From: Anaeramoeba ignava BMAN
Lineage: Eukaryota; Protista; Anaeramoebae
Reading direction: 5' to 3'
NCBI GenBank assembly: GCA_028826165.1
Contig: JAPDFW010000011.1
Coordinates: 124,001-188,000 of the forward strand
Length of the DNA: 64,000 nt
Shown here piece by piece: positions 39,167-51,853 of the stretch. The stretch's first letter is position 1; each line of letters starts with the position of its first letter. The position numbers were made by a program, and so were the translations under genes. The notes under the pieces are model-generated. The model was not told the origin of the DNA and made no database searches. It was given only the letters and a program-made list of their open reading frames with translations.

Positions 39167-42100
39167 TTATTTTTGTTTGATCATAACAAAAGTTTCTGCT
39201 GTTGATTCATCACTTTTCGAATAATCAATCAAAGGATCATCTTCATCAATTTCACTTGTTGAAGTATCGAAAAATTTCTTTTGTTCATCAATTTCTTGAT
39301 TTTCATTATGATCAAGATGAATACTTTCTTTTTTTGGGAGTTTTTTCGAAGATCTCTTTTTCAAAGAACGTTTTCTTGAAGCAAGAAGACGGTAATGATC
39401 CAAAGATTCTTGTTCACCCAAAAGATTGAAAATTTTTTTGGATCGTTTTTTTCGAGTAACCAAAAGAATAATAATAATAGCAATAATTGCGACACCAATA
39501 ACAGGAACCATAATGACTTCGACTAGTTTTGATTTTGTCAGAAATTTGGAGTGAGAGCTTGGATTAGGATGAGGAGAAGTTGAAGGCGAAGACGAAGGTG
39601 AAGGTGAAGGTGAAGGAACTGGAGGAGTTGTTAAATTGAGTAAATATTCAAAGTTACTTGTCCTGTTACTTGGTGCTAATAATCCGATATAAATAAATAT
39701 TGCTTGCTGAATTACGTTAAATGAGCAAAAAAGGGTTCCTGTTGTATTTGAATAATCGAAGGTTGATTCTGTTGGTGGTTGGCCTAATTTAGTGTAAAGT
39801 GTTGGATATAGTATTGTGTTTGATCCATCCGTTTCTGTTATTGGCTGAATTTGAATTTTAACTATTGATGTTTCGTTTGTTGGTCCGTAAAGGAATTTGT
39901 AGTATTCCCAAAGTCCAGGAAAAGATATTCCTTCAACTGTGTTATTTGGACTTGTTGTTTGTATTTGGTATATATTTTGTGTTGCTTTGATTGTGAAATT
40001 GCATGAGTTAATGAATTGGATAGTAGGTTTTTGGATTATAGCTGTGTAAGCAATCATTGTTGCGTTTGTCAAAGAAGAAATTGTGAAATGGAAATTATTA
40101 CAGTTGTTTTGGTTTAGTGTACAATTTCTTTTCGGAAGAGTATAATTTATAAAAGAATCAATTTGATTTAAATGATTTAAATTTTTTGAATTTTGATTTG
40201 AATTTTCTTCTTCATATGATGATTCCATTACAAGAAAAATCATCACATCATAAACATCTTGTGGTGTTTGTGTTACATTATTGAAACAAGTTGCATTTGT
40301 AAGAGAATCTGGAGGATAATTAATATCTACCTCGAAAGGAATTGTTGGAATACCTGTTGGGATGATTGTCTGGAATACAAGATATCCATTTCCTAAACTA
40401 TCATTTTGAATTGGATGATATGGATGAGATTTTGTAGTTGCTTGATTTTCGAAATCCAATTCAATTCCTCCTGAAGAAATGGAGGTGTTGTAAGAACAAG
40501 AAAAGGGATATGAATCTGAATAGCATTGCATGACTAAATAAAAAAGTTGGTCAAGAATTGATGTATTGTATTCGAACTGAAGAGCATTTACTTGATGATC
40601 TCCGTATTGAAGCACATGTCCTTGTCCATTTAAATCAGGATCAATATCTGGATCCCATCGATCCCTGAGAGTATCGTTGGAAAATGTAAATTGAAGATCA
40701 GGAGAAATTGAGGTGAACGTGAGTGTGAATAAGTTTGTGATGGAAATTGGGAATTCATTTTGGACTAAATTATCATATTTGCTAAGTTGAGATTGTGTTT
40801 CAGGAATTGAGTCAGAAAGTGGAAGAAAGAAATACTGGGAATAATTAAAACCACTAGCAGTATAATTTGTTGTATTGAAATTTAGAGGGGAAGATAAGAT
40901 CTGGAGAGCATCCATTGAGAAAAAAGAGGAATCCAACATGGTGAAGTTGGAAATGACCCAAAAATAAATCCATTTGTAGAAATTTTGGCACTGATTTTGA
41001 GGCAAGGGTTGCGAAAGAATTAATTGAGCTGATGGAGCTGTTTCAACTTGAGAAAAATCATAATTCCAATTTAGACTAGTTTCGTTGAAAAACAAATAGG
41101 AATCCCATTTATAATTATAAGAGTATGAGCATTGATTTAAATTGCTTGCATTAACACCAACTACAGAATATCCGCCAAATTTGCAAATCTGGGAGAGATT
41201 AAAATTGACAAAATCATAACCTGTGAAGAGGGTCTGATTTAGATACAATTCCTTTGAGAAGGATGTTTGCTGTTGGGTAAATTGGTTGATGATATTGTCT
41301 GACGCGTTTATATTGAAAGTGGATAAATCTGTTGAATTCCCAAGCACAACGGAAATGAAAATATACATTGTTGATTGGAGCTGATCCATATCATTCTCGG
41401 AAGTTATTATCGAGAAATTTTGTGAGGAAAAGCTGATATAATCGATATTTGTTGACGCTTGCAAAGGAATATCGTTGTGACCCATATCCACACTGATTAC
41501 TCCATTTGAATCTTGTTGATTCATTTCTGGAATTGGATTCGAAGTTGAATTGGATATTAAAACACTAAAAGATGTCGAGTTTATTTGCAATGGAATATAG
41601 AAATAATTCCAAAAATATTGGATTGTTTGTATCGATGGGAATTGGGTGCTATTTATTAAGGTTGGAATATTATTATAAATGGTCAAGGAATATGCATTAT
41701 TTTGCACTGTCATAAAAGATATCCACAAATAAAATGTATAAGGCCATCCCGACTTGGCATTTTCTTTTGCGTTGCAATTGTCGTGAAAACTTGCAAGGTT
41801 AATGAAAAGGTATGTGTCGTTATTTGACAAGCTTTGTGTGGGAGAAACCTTCTCGAAAAAGCCTCCTTCAATATCGAGAGGGAACTCGCTCATTTGAATT
41901 GAAACTTCGGGAACTAAGTCTGTTGTGTTTGTCTGGAAAACAAGAGGATATGTTTGATCCCAAGTGCCGATAAAAAAGGCGCTTGCTGTTTGCTGGGTTT
42001 GTGTGAATGTGAAGGTTTGGTTCCAATTTTGATCAGCGAAATCAAACAATTTTTTCATTGATTGATCAAAAAATTGTGGATCAGAAATATTATAGATAAA

Positions 42101-42901
42101 GGAATTAGAAGCGGAAATTGTGAAATTGCAAGAAACAGGTCGTGCAGAGAAGATTGCAATGTTGTATTGGTCTTGGTTGTTCTTGATATCTGATGGGATT
42201 GTGAGGGATTGATTTGAAGAAGAGGAAGTTTGAGCTGATTGGAAACTTCTTCCCTGCCAAATTACATCAGGAACCGCGTAATCATTGGCCCTTCTCCATG
42301 CAAAATAAAAGGGGAACGTGTCTTGGGATTGGTTGTAATTGATGGAAACCTCGATTGCTTGAGGAGGACTAAAAGGAATTGGTGCTTGGGTCAAATAAAT
42401 GATTTCCCATTCAGAAACAGTAAAAGTTGAATTTGTATCAAAAGAAAGAGTTCGAGCATAAGAAGAGGTTATATTGAAATTGCAATCGAAATCCTGCGAG
42501 ATATTAAAAGAAATTTCTAGTTGGCCAAGATTGTCTAAATCGGAAATGGGGACTGGCGATTGGGATGAAGAAAGAGGAACAAAAGCGACGGTTAAAATAT
42601 TTGAAAAATCATAAAATAAATTTGGAGAATAAGTCGAATTGAGTCCCTGTGATTGAACAGTAACCAAAACTTGATCCGTTGGATTGATTGGAATTTTGCA
42701 GCTTGAATTTGTAATAGAAAACCATATCGTTGCTGGATTTAATGATATGTTTTGAACTTCAATTACTGTGTTTTGTGTTATGTTATCTAAAGATAAAATG
42801 TCCCCAATTGAATATTGAATTGAATCAGTTGGTATTTTTGAATTTTGTTTTGTTAAAAAGAGCAGAAAAATGAAAATGAAGAAAAAAAGCTTTTTATTCA
42901 T
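39167..42901 (-). CDS. Large intronless type I membrane glycoprotein (~1240 aa) of unknown function
   Basis: Signal peptide MNKKLFFFIFIFLLFL, many N-x-S/T sequons, PSPSPS stalk, single TM VIMVPVIGVAIIAIIIILLV, basic then acidic tail. Confidence 0.85.
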   Translation of the reverse strand: MNKKLFFFIFIFLLFLTKQNSKIPTDSIQYSIGDILSLDNITQNTVIEVQNISLNPATIWFSITNSSCKIPINPTDQVLVTVQSQGLNSTYSPNLFYDFSNILTVAFVPLSSSQSPVPISDLDNLGQLEISFNISQDFDCNFNITSSYARTLSFDTNSTFTVSEWEIIYLTQAPIPFSPPQAIEVSINYNQSQDTFPFYFAWRRANDYAVPDVIWQGRSFQSAQTSSSSNQSLTIPSDIKNNQDQYNIAIFSARPVSCNFTISASNSFIYNISDPQFFDQSMKKLFDFADQNWNQTFTFTQTQQTASAFFIGTWDQTYPLVFQTNTTDLVPEVSIQMSEFPLDIEGGFFEKVSPTQSLSNNDTYLFINLASFHDNCNAKENAKSGWPYTFYLWISFMTVQNNAYSLTIYNNIPTLINSTQFPSIQTIQYFWNYFYIPLQINSTSFSVLISNSTSNPIPEMNQQDSNGVISVDMGHNDIPLQASTNIDYISFSSQNFSIITSENDMDQLQSTMYIFISVVLGNSTDLSTFNINASDNIINQFTQQQTSFSKELYLNQTLFTGYDFVNFNLSQICKFGGYSVVGVNASNLNQCSYSYNYKWDSYLFFNETSLNWNYDFSQVETAPSAQLILSQPLPQNQCQNFYKWIYFWVISNFTMLDSSFFSMDALQILSSPLNFNTTNYTASGFNYSQYFFLPLSDSIPETQSQLSKYDNLVQNEFPISITNLFTLTFTSISPDLQFTFSNDTLRDRWDPDIDPDLNGQGHVLQYGDHQVNALQFEYNTSILDQLFYLVMQCYSDSYPFSCSYNTSISSGGIELDFENQATTKSHPYHPIQNDSLGNGYLVFQTIIPTGIPTIPFEVDINYPPDSLTNATCFNNVTQTPQDVYDVMIFLVMESSYEEENSNQNSKNLNHLNQIDSFINYTLPKRNCTLNQNNCNNFHFTISSLTNATMIAYTAIIQKPTIQFINSCNFTIKATQNIYQIQTTSPNNTVEGISFPGLWEYYKFLYGPTNETSIVKIQIQPITETDGSNTILYPTLYTKLGQPPTESTFDYSNTTGTLFCSFNVIQQAIFIYIGLLAPSNRTSNFEYLLNLTTPPVPSPSPSPSSSPSTSPHPNPSSHSKFLTKSKLVEVIMVPVIGVAIIAIIIILLVTRKKRSKKIFNLLGEQESLDHYRLLASRKRSLKKRSSKKLPKKESIHLDHNENQEIDEQKKFFDTSTSEIDEDDPLIDYSKSDESTAETFVMIKQK

Positions 42902-43006
42902 TTTTATTTTAAAAAATTTAGGAAAAAAAAAATGAAAGAAAATTAAATTTAAAAAAAATTTTTTTTTATCATTTTTTTTTATCATTTTTATCATTTTTTT
43001 TCTTTG

Positions 43007-45181
43007 ATGTTACTTTCTCTTGCAAGTAAAAATGCAAAATTTGAAGCTAAATTCTTTTTTGGAGCTGTAAAAATTTGTGCACCAGATTATTCTTTTACTT
43101 CTTATTTGATGCTTCTTTATTCTTTTGAAATTTATTATATTTATGGAATTGGGTTTATTTTATTATTTGTTAGAAAAGCAATTACAAATTTTTATTTTAT
43201 GATTCTTGCTCTTTCTATTTCTCTTTGGAATGATGTTATTTTAAAAAATATTATTAGGCAAGAAAGACCTGAAGGTGCTTGTTCCAATTCTTTTGGGATG
43301 CCTTCTGGTACAAATTTAAATCAAATATAAATATAAATTAAATATAAATATAAATATAAATATAAATATAAATATAAATATAAATATAAATATAAATATA
43401 AATATAAATATAAATATAAATATAAATATAAATATAAATATAAATATAAATATAAATATAAATATAAATATAAATATAAATATAAATATAAATATAAATA
43501 AAAATATAAATATAAATATAAATATAAAAATAAATATAAATATAAATATAAATCTAAATAAAAAAAAAATATAAATATAAATATAAAATAAAAATAAAAA
43601 TATAAATATAAATATAAAATATAAAATATAAATATAAATATAAATATAAAATATAAATATAAATATAAATATAAATATAAATATAAATATAAATATAAAT
43701 ATAAATATAAATATAAATATAAATATAAATATAAATATAAATATAAATATAAATATAAATATAAATATAAATATAAATATAAATAATATAAATATAAATA
43801 TAAATATAAATATAAACTAAATATAAATATAAATATAAATAAATATAAATATAAATATAAATTATAAATATAAAAATATAAATATAAATATAAATATAAA
43901 TATAAAATATAAATATAAAAATAAAATAAATATAAAATAAAAAATAAAAATAAATAAAAATATAAATATAAAAAATATAAACATAAATATAAAATATAAA
44001 AAATAAAAATAAAAATAAAAATAAAATAAATAAATATAAATATAAATTATAAAAACATAAAATATAAATATAAAATATAAATATAAAATATAAATATAAA
44101 TATAAATATAAAATAAAAAAATATAAATAAATATAAATATAAAATATAAATATAAATATAAATATAAATATAAATATAAATATAAATATAAATATAAATA
44201 TAAATATAAATATAAATATAAATATAAATATAAATATAAATATAAATATAAATATAAATATAAATATAAATATAAATATAAATATAAATATAAATAAATA
44301 TAAATATAAATATAAATATAAATATAAATATAAATATAAATATAAATATAAATATAAATATAAATCTAAATATAAATATAAATATAAATATAAATATAAA
44401 TATAAATATAAATATAAATATAAATCTAAAAATAAATATAAATATAAAAATATAAATATAAATAAATATAAAAATATAAATATAAATATTTAAAATATAA
44501 ATATAAATATAAATATATAAATATAAATATCTAAATAATATAAATATTTATTCAAAAATTTAAAAAGGTCATTCCGTTTCTTCTTTATGCTTCTTTACTT
44601 GGTTTACTTTAGAAATTTTATTCGGATCAAGAAAAAATTATTCCAAAAAAATGAAACTATTCATAATATCTTTAATTGGTATTTTATTATTACCTGTTCC
44701 TTATTCAAGAGTTTATTTAGGATATCATTCAAAAGAACAAGTTATTGTTGGATCAATTACAGGAATTTTTTATGCAATTTGCTTTTTCTTTCTTTTCCAA
44801 AAATTCCATAAAAAAATATACATGTATTTCACTAAATGGTTTGATATAATAGATGATTACAATCCAGATGCAACAAGAAAAGAAGTTGAACAAAAAGATA
44901 TTGAAAATCAATCTTTGTTAGAAAATGATGAAATCAAAAATAATGATAATGATAATGATATTGATATTGATATTGAAAATAATCCTGTTAATAATAACAA
45001 TAATAATAATAATAAAAATAAAAATAATAATCAAAAGAATTCTGATGATGAAGGAGAAACTAAAATTATTTATCAAGTTTCAACTAGTTCTTCAGAAACA
45101 AGACCAAGAGAAAAACCAAAAAATGAACAAAATTTTGATGTATTTTTCACAAATTCAGAAAATGAAAGTGATTTTAATTAA
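43007..45181 (+). CDS. PAP2-family dolichyl-pyrophosphate phosphatase (DOLPP1-like); intron 43308-44567; frameshift near 44650
   Basis: KNIIRQERP, GMPSG|HS and SRVYLGYHSKEQVIVG are the three PAP2 motifs. Confidence 0.88.
43325..44545 (+). repeat. Intronic (AAATAT)n microsatellite, ~1.2 kb
   Basis: Directly visible. Confidence 0.95.
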
Positions 45182-45333
45182 AAATTAAAAGAATTAAAAA
45201 TTTAAATAAAAAAAGGAATTAAACTTGAAAATTGTTTTAATGTTTCTTTAAAGATGGATGATTCAATTAAAAAAAAATGAAAAAATGAATAAAAAAATGA
45301 AAGAATAAAAAAAGAAAAGAAAAAAAGTGGAAT

Positions 45334-48300
45334 TTAATTTTGTTTTGAATCATCAATAAGATCATCAGAAGTATCAGAATTTAATTTTTCTTTATCACCA
45401 TCATTATCATCATCATTATCTTTGTCTTCATTGATTTTAACTTCATTATCCAAAAGTGATGTTTTTTCATCTGATTCATCTTTTGTCTTTTTAGGTTTAA
45501 CTTTATCAACAGGAACAGGAATTAATCTAAGCAAAAATCCAATAGGAATTGAAAGAGCGCCAATTACAAGACAAACAAGCCATTCTGCCCAAGTCAATTT
45601 CTTTGTTGAGAAAAATTCACCACCAAATTCAACAATCAAAGTTTGAAGAATAATTGTAATTGAAACAATGAAAAGGAACATTGGGTTTTTGAACATTCTT
45701 TTAAAGACGTTGTTTTCATCTGCAATTTTTCTGCAATTAATTTCGTTAAAAACTTGACACCAGACAAAGGCATTGAACAAAATGGTATAAAGATGAGTTT
45801 CTTCATCATCATTGCTGGTATTATAATCAAAAATTTTTCCACCAGCATAAAGAATCACAAACAAGACAATTAATTGATAAGTTGATTGACCGAGAATGTT
45901 TCTCTTCATGATATTTGAAAGCAAACTCTCATCTCGTGAATAAGGTTTTCTTTTGAGCAGTTCTCTTGTGGGAGGCTCAGTTCCAAGTGCAAGTGCAGCC
46001 ATTGTATCCATAATCAAGTTGACCCACAAAAGTTGAATAGCTTTCAAAGGAGTTCCTTTTTGCGAAATAGCACCAATAAGAGCAACAGCAAGAGCAGCAA
46101 CGTTGACAGTCAATTGGAATTGAAGGAATTTTCTGATGTTATCATACACACTTCTTCCCCACATTACAGAGTTTACAATACTCTTGAAATTATCATCCAA
46201 AATGATGATGTCACTTGCTTCTTTTGCAACGTCTGTTCCAGTGATTCCCATTGCAAGTCCAACATCTGCTTCTTTCAATGCGGGTGCATCATTTGTTCCA
46301 TCTCCAGTTACACCTACAATTTCTCCTTTTTTTCTTAATAAACTCACAAGTGTTAATTTATCTTTGGGTGATGATCTTGCTAATACTTGAAGTTTTGGAA
46401 GAAGTGCTAATTGTTCTTCTTCGTTCTTTGTTCTCCATTCATGTCCTTCAATTGCTACTCCATCTTCTTTTAAGATTCCACATTCTGTTGCAATGTGTTT
46501 TGCTGTGAGAATGTTATCTCCTGTAACCATTCTGACAAATATTCCTGCTTTTTGGCATTCATCAACTGCGTATGGAACTTCTTGACGAACTGGATCTTTG
46601 ATTCCAACAATACAATAACCTTAAATAAAAACAAAATTAATTTTCATCAATTTTCATCAATTTTTATCAATTTTCATTAATTTTTATCAATTTTCATGTT
46701 TTTGGAAAATTTTTATCAATTTTCAAATTTTTATTAATTTTTATATTTATTTACAGGTTAAATTGGATTCAATCTCTTCTTCATTTGACCAATCTCCTTG
46801 AGCTTCATCAAAATCTCGATAAGCCAAAGTAATTGTTCGAAGCCCATTTGAAGCCATTGCATCTAAAATACTATTCAATCTTTGTCTTTCTGAATCATCA
46901 ATTTCCACAACATTTCCGTTTTCATCAAGAGAAGAAGAGCAACGTCCCAAAACAATTTCACCTGCTCCACTAAGATAAAGTCTATATCCAGCTTCTTTTT
47001 CAACAATTGTTCCTGCTCTTTTTCTCTCGCTTGAAAATGTGAAGATTTTAGGTCTTTTTTTTTCAAATTTCTTTCGAATAGCTTGATAATCGCAGTCAAA
47101 TCGTTGGACAAATTTCAAAAGTGCAATTTCTGTTCTTGATCCTGTTTCCTTATTTTCTCCATCCACTTTCTCAAAGAATGCTTTTGAATTAACAGCAATT
47201 CCTTCGTTTAATAACTCAATGAATTCAGGTTTAAGATCATCAGCAGAAGGAAGTTCTTGATAATGAGTTCCGAAGAGATAAACCTCAGTAGCAATCATTA
47301 AATTTTGAGTTAATGTTCCAGTTTTATCTGAGCAGATGTCTAATTTTTGGAAAAAAATAAGATGAGAAAAAAAATATTCATATCAAATAAATATTTACTT
47401 GTTGCATTTCCCATTGTTTCACATGATGAAAGATGTCTCACAAGATTCATATCTTTCATCATCTTTTTCATTGAATATGCAAGTGAAATTGTAACAGCAA
47501 GTGGAAGACCTTCAGGAACAGCAACAACAACAATTGTAACACCAATAATAATATAATCAACCAATAATTCCCAACGGTCTCTTGAGAATGTACTTCTGTG
47601 TTTAACTTATAGAAATGAAACAACAAATTTTCATTTTAAATTTTCATTTTAAATTATTTTTTTGGATAATTAAAAGAGAACTTACTTGCCCAAACAACCC
47701 AAGCAATAACTAACGCAAGAACTGTTAAAATAGCTGAATAAAGCCCAACTTTTCCAATAAAAACAGCCATTTTATCAAGTTTGTTTTGGAGTGGTGTTGG
47801 ATCAGGTGGTTTTTCAAAGTTTTTCTTTGCATCTCCCCATTGTGAATGAATTCCAACTGAAGTTACAATCATTTTTCCTTCTCCTTCTATTACTTGTGTT
47901 CCGCAAAGCATTTGGGGTTTTGAATCAATACTTTTATGAACATCATCAGCTTCGCCTGTCATTCCAGATTCATTTGCAACCAATTCTATTTAAAAAAATT
48001 TAAATCAAAATTTGATTTATATTTAATTTATATTTATATTTATATTTATATTTATATTTATATTTATATTTATATTTATATTTATATTTATATTTATATT
48101 TATATTTATATTTATTTATATTTAATTTATATTTAATTTATATTTGATTTATATTTGATTTATATTTGATTTATATTTGATTTATATTTATATTTATTTT
48201 TATGTTTATATTTGTTTAATATTTAATTTATATTTATATTTATATTTAATTTATATTTATATTTGATTTATATTTAATTTATATTTAATTTATATTTATA

Positions 48301-49325
48301 TTTGATTTATATTTAATTTATATTTAATTTATATTTGATTTATATTTGATTTATATTTGATTTATATTTATATTTATATTTATATTTATATTTATATTTA
48401 TATTTATATTTATATTTATATTTATATTTATATTTATATTTATATTTATATTTTATATTTATATTTGATTTATATTTGATTTATATTTGATTTATATTTA
48501 ATTTATATTTGATTTATATTTGATTTATATTTGATTTATATTTGTATTTATATTTATATTTATATTTGATTTATATTTGATTTATATTTATATTTAATTG
48601 ATTTATATTTGATTTATATTTAATTTATATTTAATTGATTTATATTTATATTTATATTTATATTTATATTTATATTTATATTTAATTTATATTTAATTTA
48701 TAAAATAAATACCATTTGCCAAGAACAAAATACCATCAGCAGGAACTTTATCACCAGTAGAAAGAATAACAATATCACCAACATTAAGATCGAAAAAAGA
48801 GATAGTTTGCTCAGCACCAACACCATAATTAGAAGGGTCTTCACGGATGACCTTAACTTGAATATCCTCTTTAACCTTATTAAGCCTACGGAATTGCTTT
48901 TCCTTTTGGAAGTCATTGATAGCAGTAACAAAGGAGACAATAAGAACAGCAACAAGAATAGCAGTACCATCAATCCAGTCGGAAGATCTGTCACCAAGAG
49001 TAAGACCAAGAACCAACGAAATAACGGCCGAAACAATAAGGATAATAAGTGTAGTATCCTTAAAGGTTCCAAAGAACAATCCAAAAAATGAACTGTGAGG
49101 TGGCTCGGCAAATCTGTTGCTCCCATATTCTCCTCTTCTTGTTGTAAATCCCTCTTTTATCTCCCATTGTGGTAATCCTACTTCAAGGTTTGAATGTAAT
49201 TCTTCTGTTAATTTTTCGACTCCCCCTAATTCTTGTAGTTTTTCTAAGTTGTTTTTATCTCCTATTGTGTGAAGTCCCATTAATTGTGGTATTGTTAATG
49301 TGAATTGTAATGCTTCTTTATCCAT
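45334..49325 (-). CDS. P2B-type (PMCA-like) Ca2+-ATPase; 5 exons
   Basis: [77 protein letters not shown]. Confidence 0.96.
48010..48700 (-). repeat. Intronic (AAATAT/AAATC)n microsatellite in PMCA intron 47986-48712
   Basis: Directly visible. Confidence 0.95.
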
Positions 49326-49685
49326 TTTTTTCTTTTATTATTTTTTTTATTATTTTTTTTATTAAAAAAGGGATTTTTGATGATTTATTTTTATTAAATA
49401 AATAAAAAGAAAAAAATTTTTTTTTGTGTTGTTTTGTTTAAAAAATTAATTATTAATTTGTATATAAATTTCAAAAAAAAAATACAATGATCAATTTACA
49501 TACAAAAAAAAAGGAAATTTAAAAATGAATTTCTTTAATTTTAATTTTAATTTTAATTTTTTTAATTTTTTTTGCTTTTTTTTTTATTTTGATGAATTTG
49601 ATTATTTTTAATTATTTTAGATGAATTGAATAATATTTAAATAATAGTTTTAGATTTGATTCTTTAATTTGATTTAATTTTAATT

Positions 49686-51516
49686 TTAATTTTGATTATT
49701 AAATTTGTTAATTAATAAATCAAATAAATTTGGATTTGTTTGATTTAATTGAAAATAATCAATTCCAATTTGAATTTCATTAATTATTTCTTGTGTAATT
49801 TGAATTCCTTCTTTAATTTGATTTGAATAAATCCAATATTCAAATATTTGAAATGATTTATTACTTAATTCACTATAATCTGTAACTTTATTAGATTTAT
49901 CTTCTGTTACAGATAAAAACATTCCTCGATATAATTCACTTCTCATTATTAATATTAATTTAGGAAATTTATATTGTTTTTCTTTTCTTTCAATTATAAA
50001 ATCTTTTTCATTTTCATTTAAATAAATTCTTTTCATCGTTTCTTCAATTTTTTCATTTGAATTTATAATTTCTTTGATTTCATAATATAATTTTGGATTT
50101 ATTTTGGAATTGTTTGAATAAATCATTTCAAATATTTGATTTGATTCTTTAATTGATTTATTTGAAATAATTTCTTGAAGTTTTTCAAGTTGATTTTGAT
50201 TTTGATTTAATCTATATTTTAATATTAATTTATGAGCTTCAATTATTTCTCCATTTTCTGTTTTAAATGAAATATCACAAAATTCTTTTCTTCTAAATAA
50301 TTTTATCAAATCTTCTTCAAGATTGGAAAAAGAAGGAGGAGAATAATAAAGAAATGATCTGCAATATTCACAAGAAAGATGATAATTATAAATTTCTTCA
50401 TTAAATCTTAATTCAGGAAGTTCAATTTGAATTGGAATTTCTTGATAATTTGTATCTCCAATTCCTAATTCACCATAATGATTCTTCCCAAATCCAATTA
50501 GTTTCCCTTTGGAAGTAAAAATCAAAGTATGATTAGAACCAGTAGAAATTTCAAGAATATTATCATCATTTTCAAATAAAGATGATTTGATTTCAGTAAA
50601 TTCATGATAATCTTCAGTTTGTTTGTTATATTGAATAAATGGATAAAGTTCTCTTTTTGTATTTTCGTGTTTATTTTTGCCAAGTCCATTGTATTGATAA
50701 TTTCCACATGAATAAAGTTTTCTTTTTGGATTTTGATTTTCATCTTCATTTTCAATCAACATTATTGAATGATTAAATCCGGATTGAATATCAATTATTT
50801 TGCCTTTTGGAATATTTTGGATTTTGGTTAAATTTTGGATTTTTGTTTCTTCTTTTTCTGTTACTGATTCTCCTAATCCAATTTGACCATATTCATTATT
50901 TCCGCATCCAAATAATTCTTGATTTGAATTTAAAAGAAAAACATGTTTTGAAAAATTTCCTGAAAACATTTTAGAAACATTTTTCATCATTAAAATTGGT
51001 TTTTGTGTTTTTTTAAGTGTTTCAGAATCTAAACCAAGTTGACCAAAATCATTTGAACCAAATCCATAAACATTTTGATTTGAAGTTAATAAGTAAATTG
51101 AATTGAATCCAGAAGCAATATCTTCAATTATTCTATCATTTTGTATCTTCAATTAATGATGAAATATTGATAAATTTATTTGGATTTTCTGAATTAATAT
51201 CAATTCCTTTGGCAAATACATTTCCTTTTATTGTTAAAATAGCCGCATTTTGCCAACCAACAGATGCTTTTTGAATATTTTCTACAATTTGGATTATTGA
51301 AGGATTTTGACTTAAATATTTTGAATATTCTATTGCTTTTCCATTTTTAAAAAGGAAAATTATTGAATAATCTTTTGATGATGAAATTTGTTTAATTTGT
51401 TTTCCATTTTCATTTTCATTTCCAAATCTAAATTGAATTGGTTTTTTTATATCATATGGTTTATTTTTGAAAATTTTTGGTTCTCTATTTGCACCAAAAA
51501 ATATAATTTCATTCAT
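49686..51516 (-). CDS. RCC1-repeat + BTB protein, tandem copy 1 (1-nt frameshift near 51140)
   Basis: GxNxxGQLG RCC1 repeats; FCDISF..AHKLILKYR and DFII..RSELYRGMF BTB domains. Confidence 0.88.
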
Positions 51517-51853
51517 TTTTAAAAAGTAAAAAAATGAAAAAATGATTTGGAACTTTTTAATTTTAATTTTAATTTTAATTTTAATTTTGATTTTTAATTT
51601 TATTTTTAATTTTAATTTTAATTTTAATTTTAATTTTAATTTTAATTTTAATTTTAATTTTAATTTTAATTTTAATTTTAATTTCAATTTTAATTTTGAT
51701 TATTAAATTTTTTAATTAATAAATCAAATAAATTTAGATTTGTTTGATTTAATTGAAAATAATCAATTCCTCTTTTATTTTATTTATTTTAATTATTTGA
51801 TGAATTGAATAATATTTAAATAATAGTTTTAGATTTGATTCTTTAATTTAATT

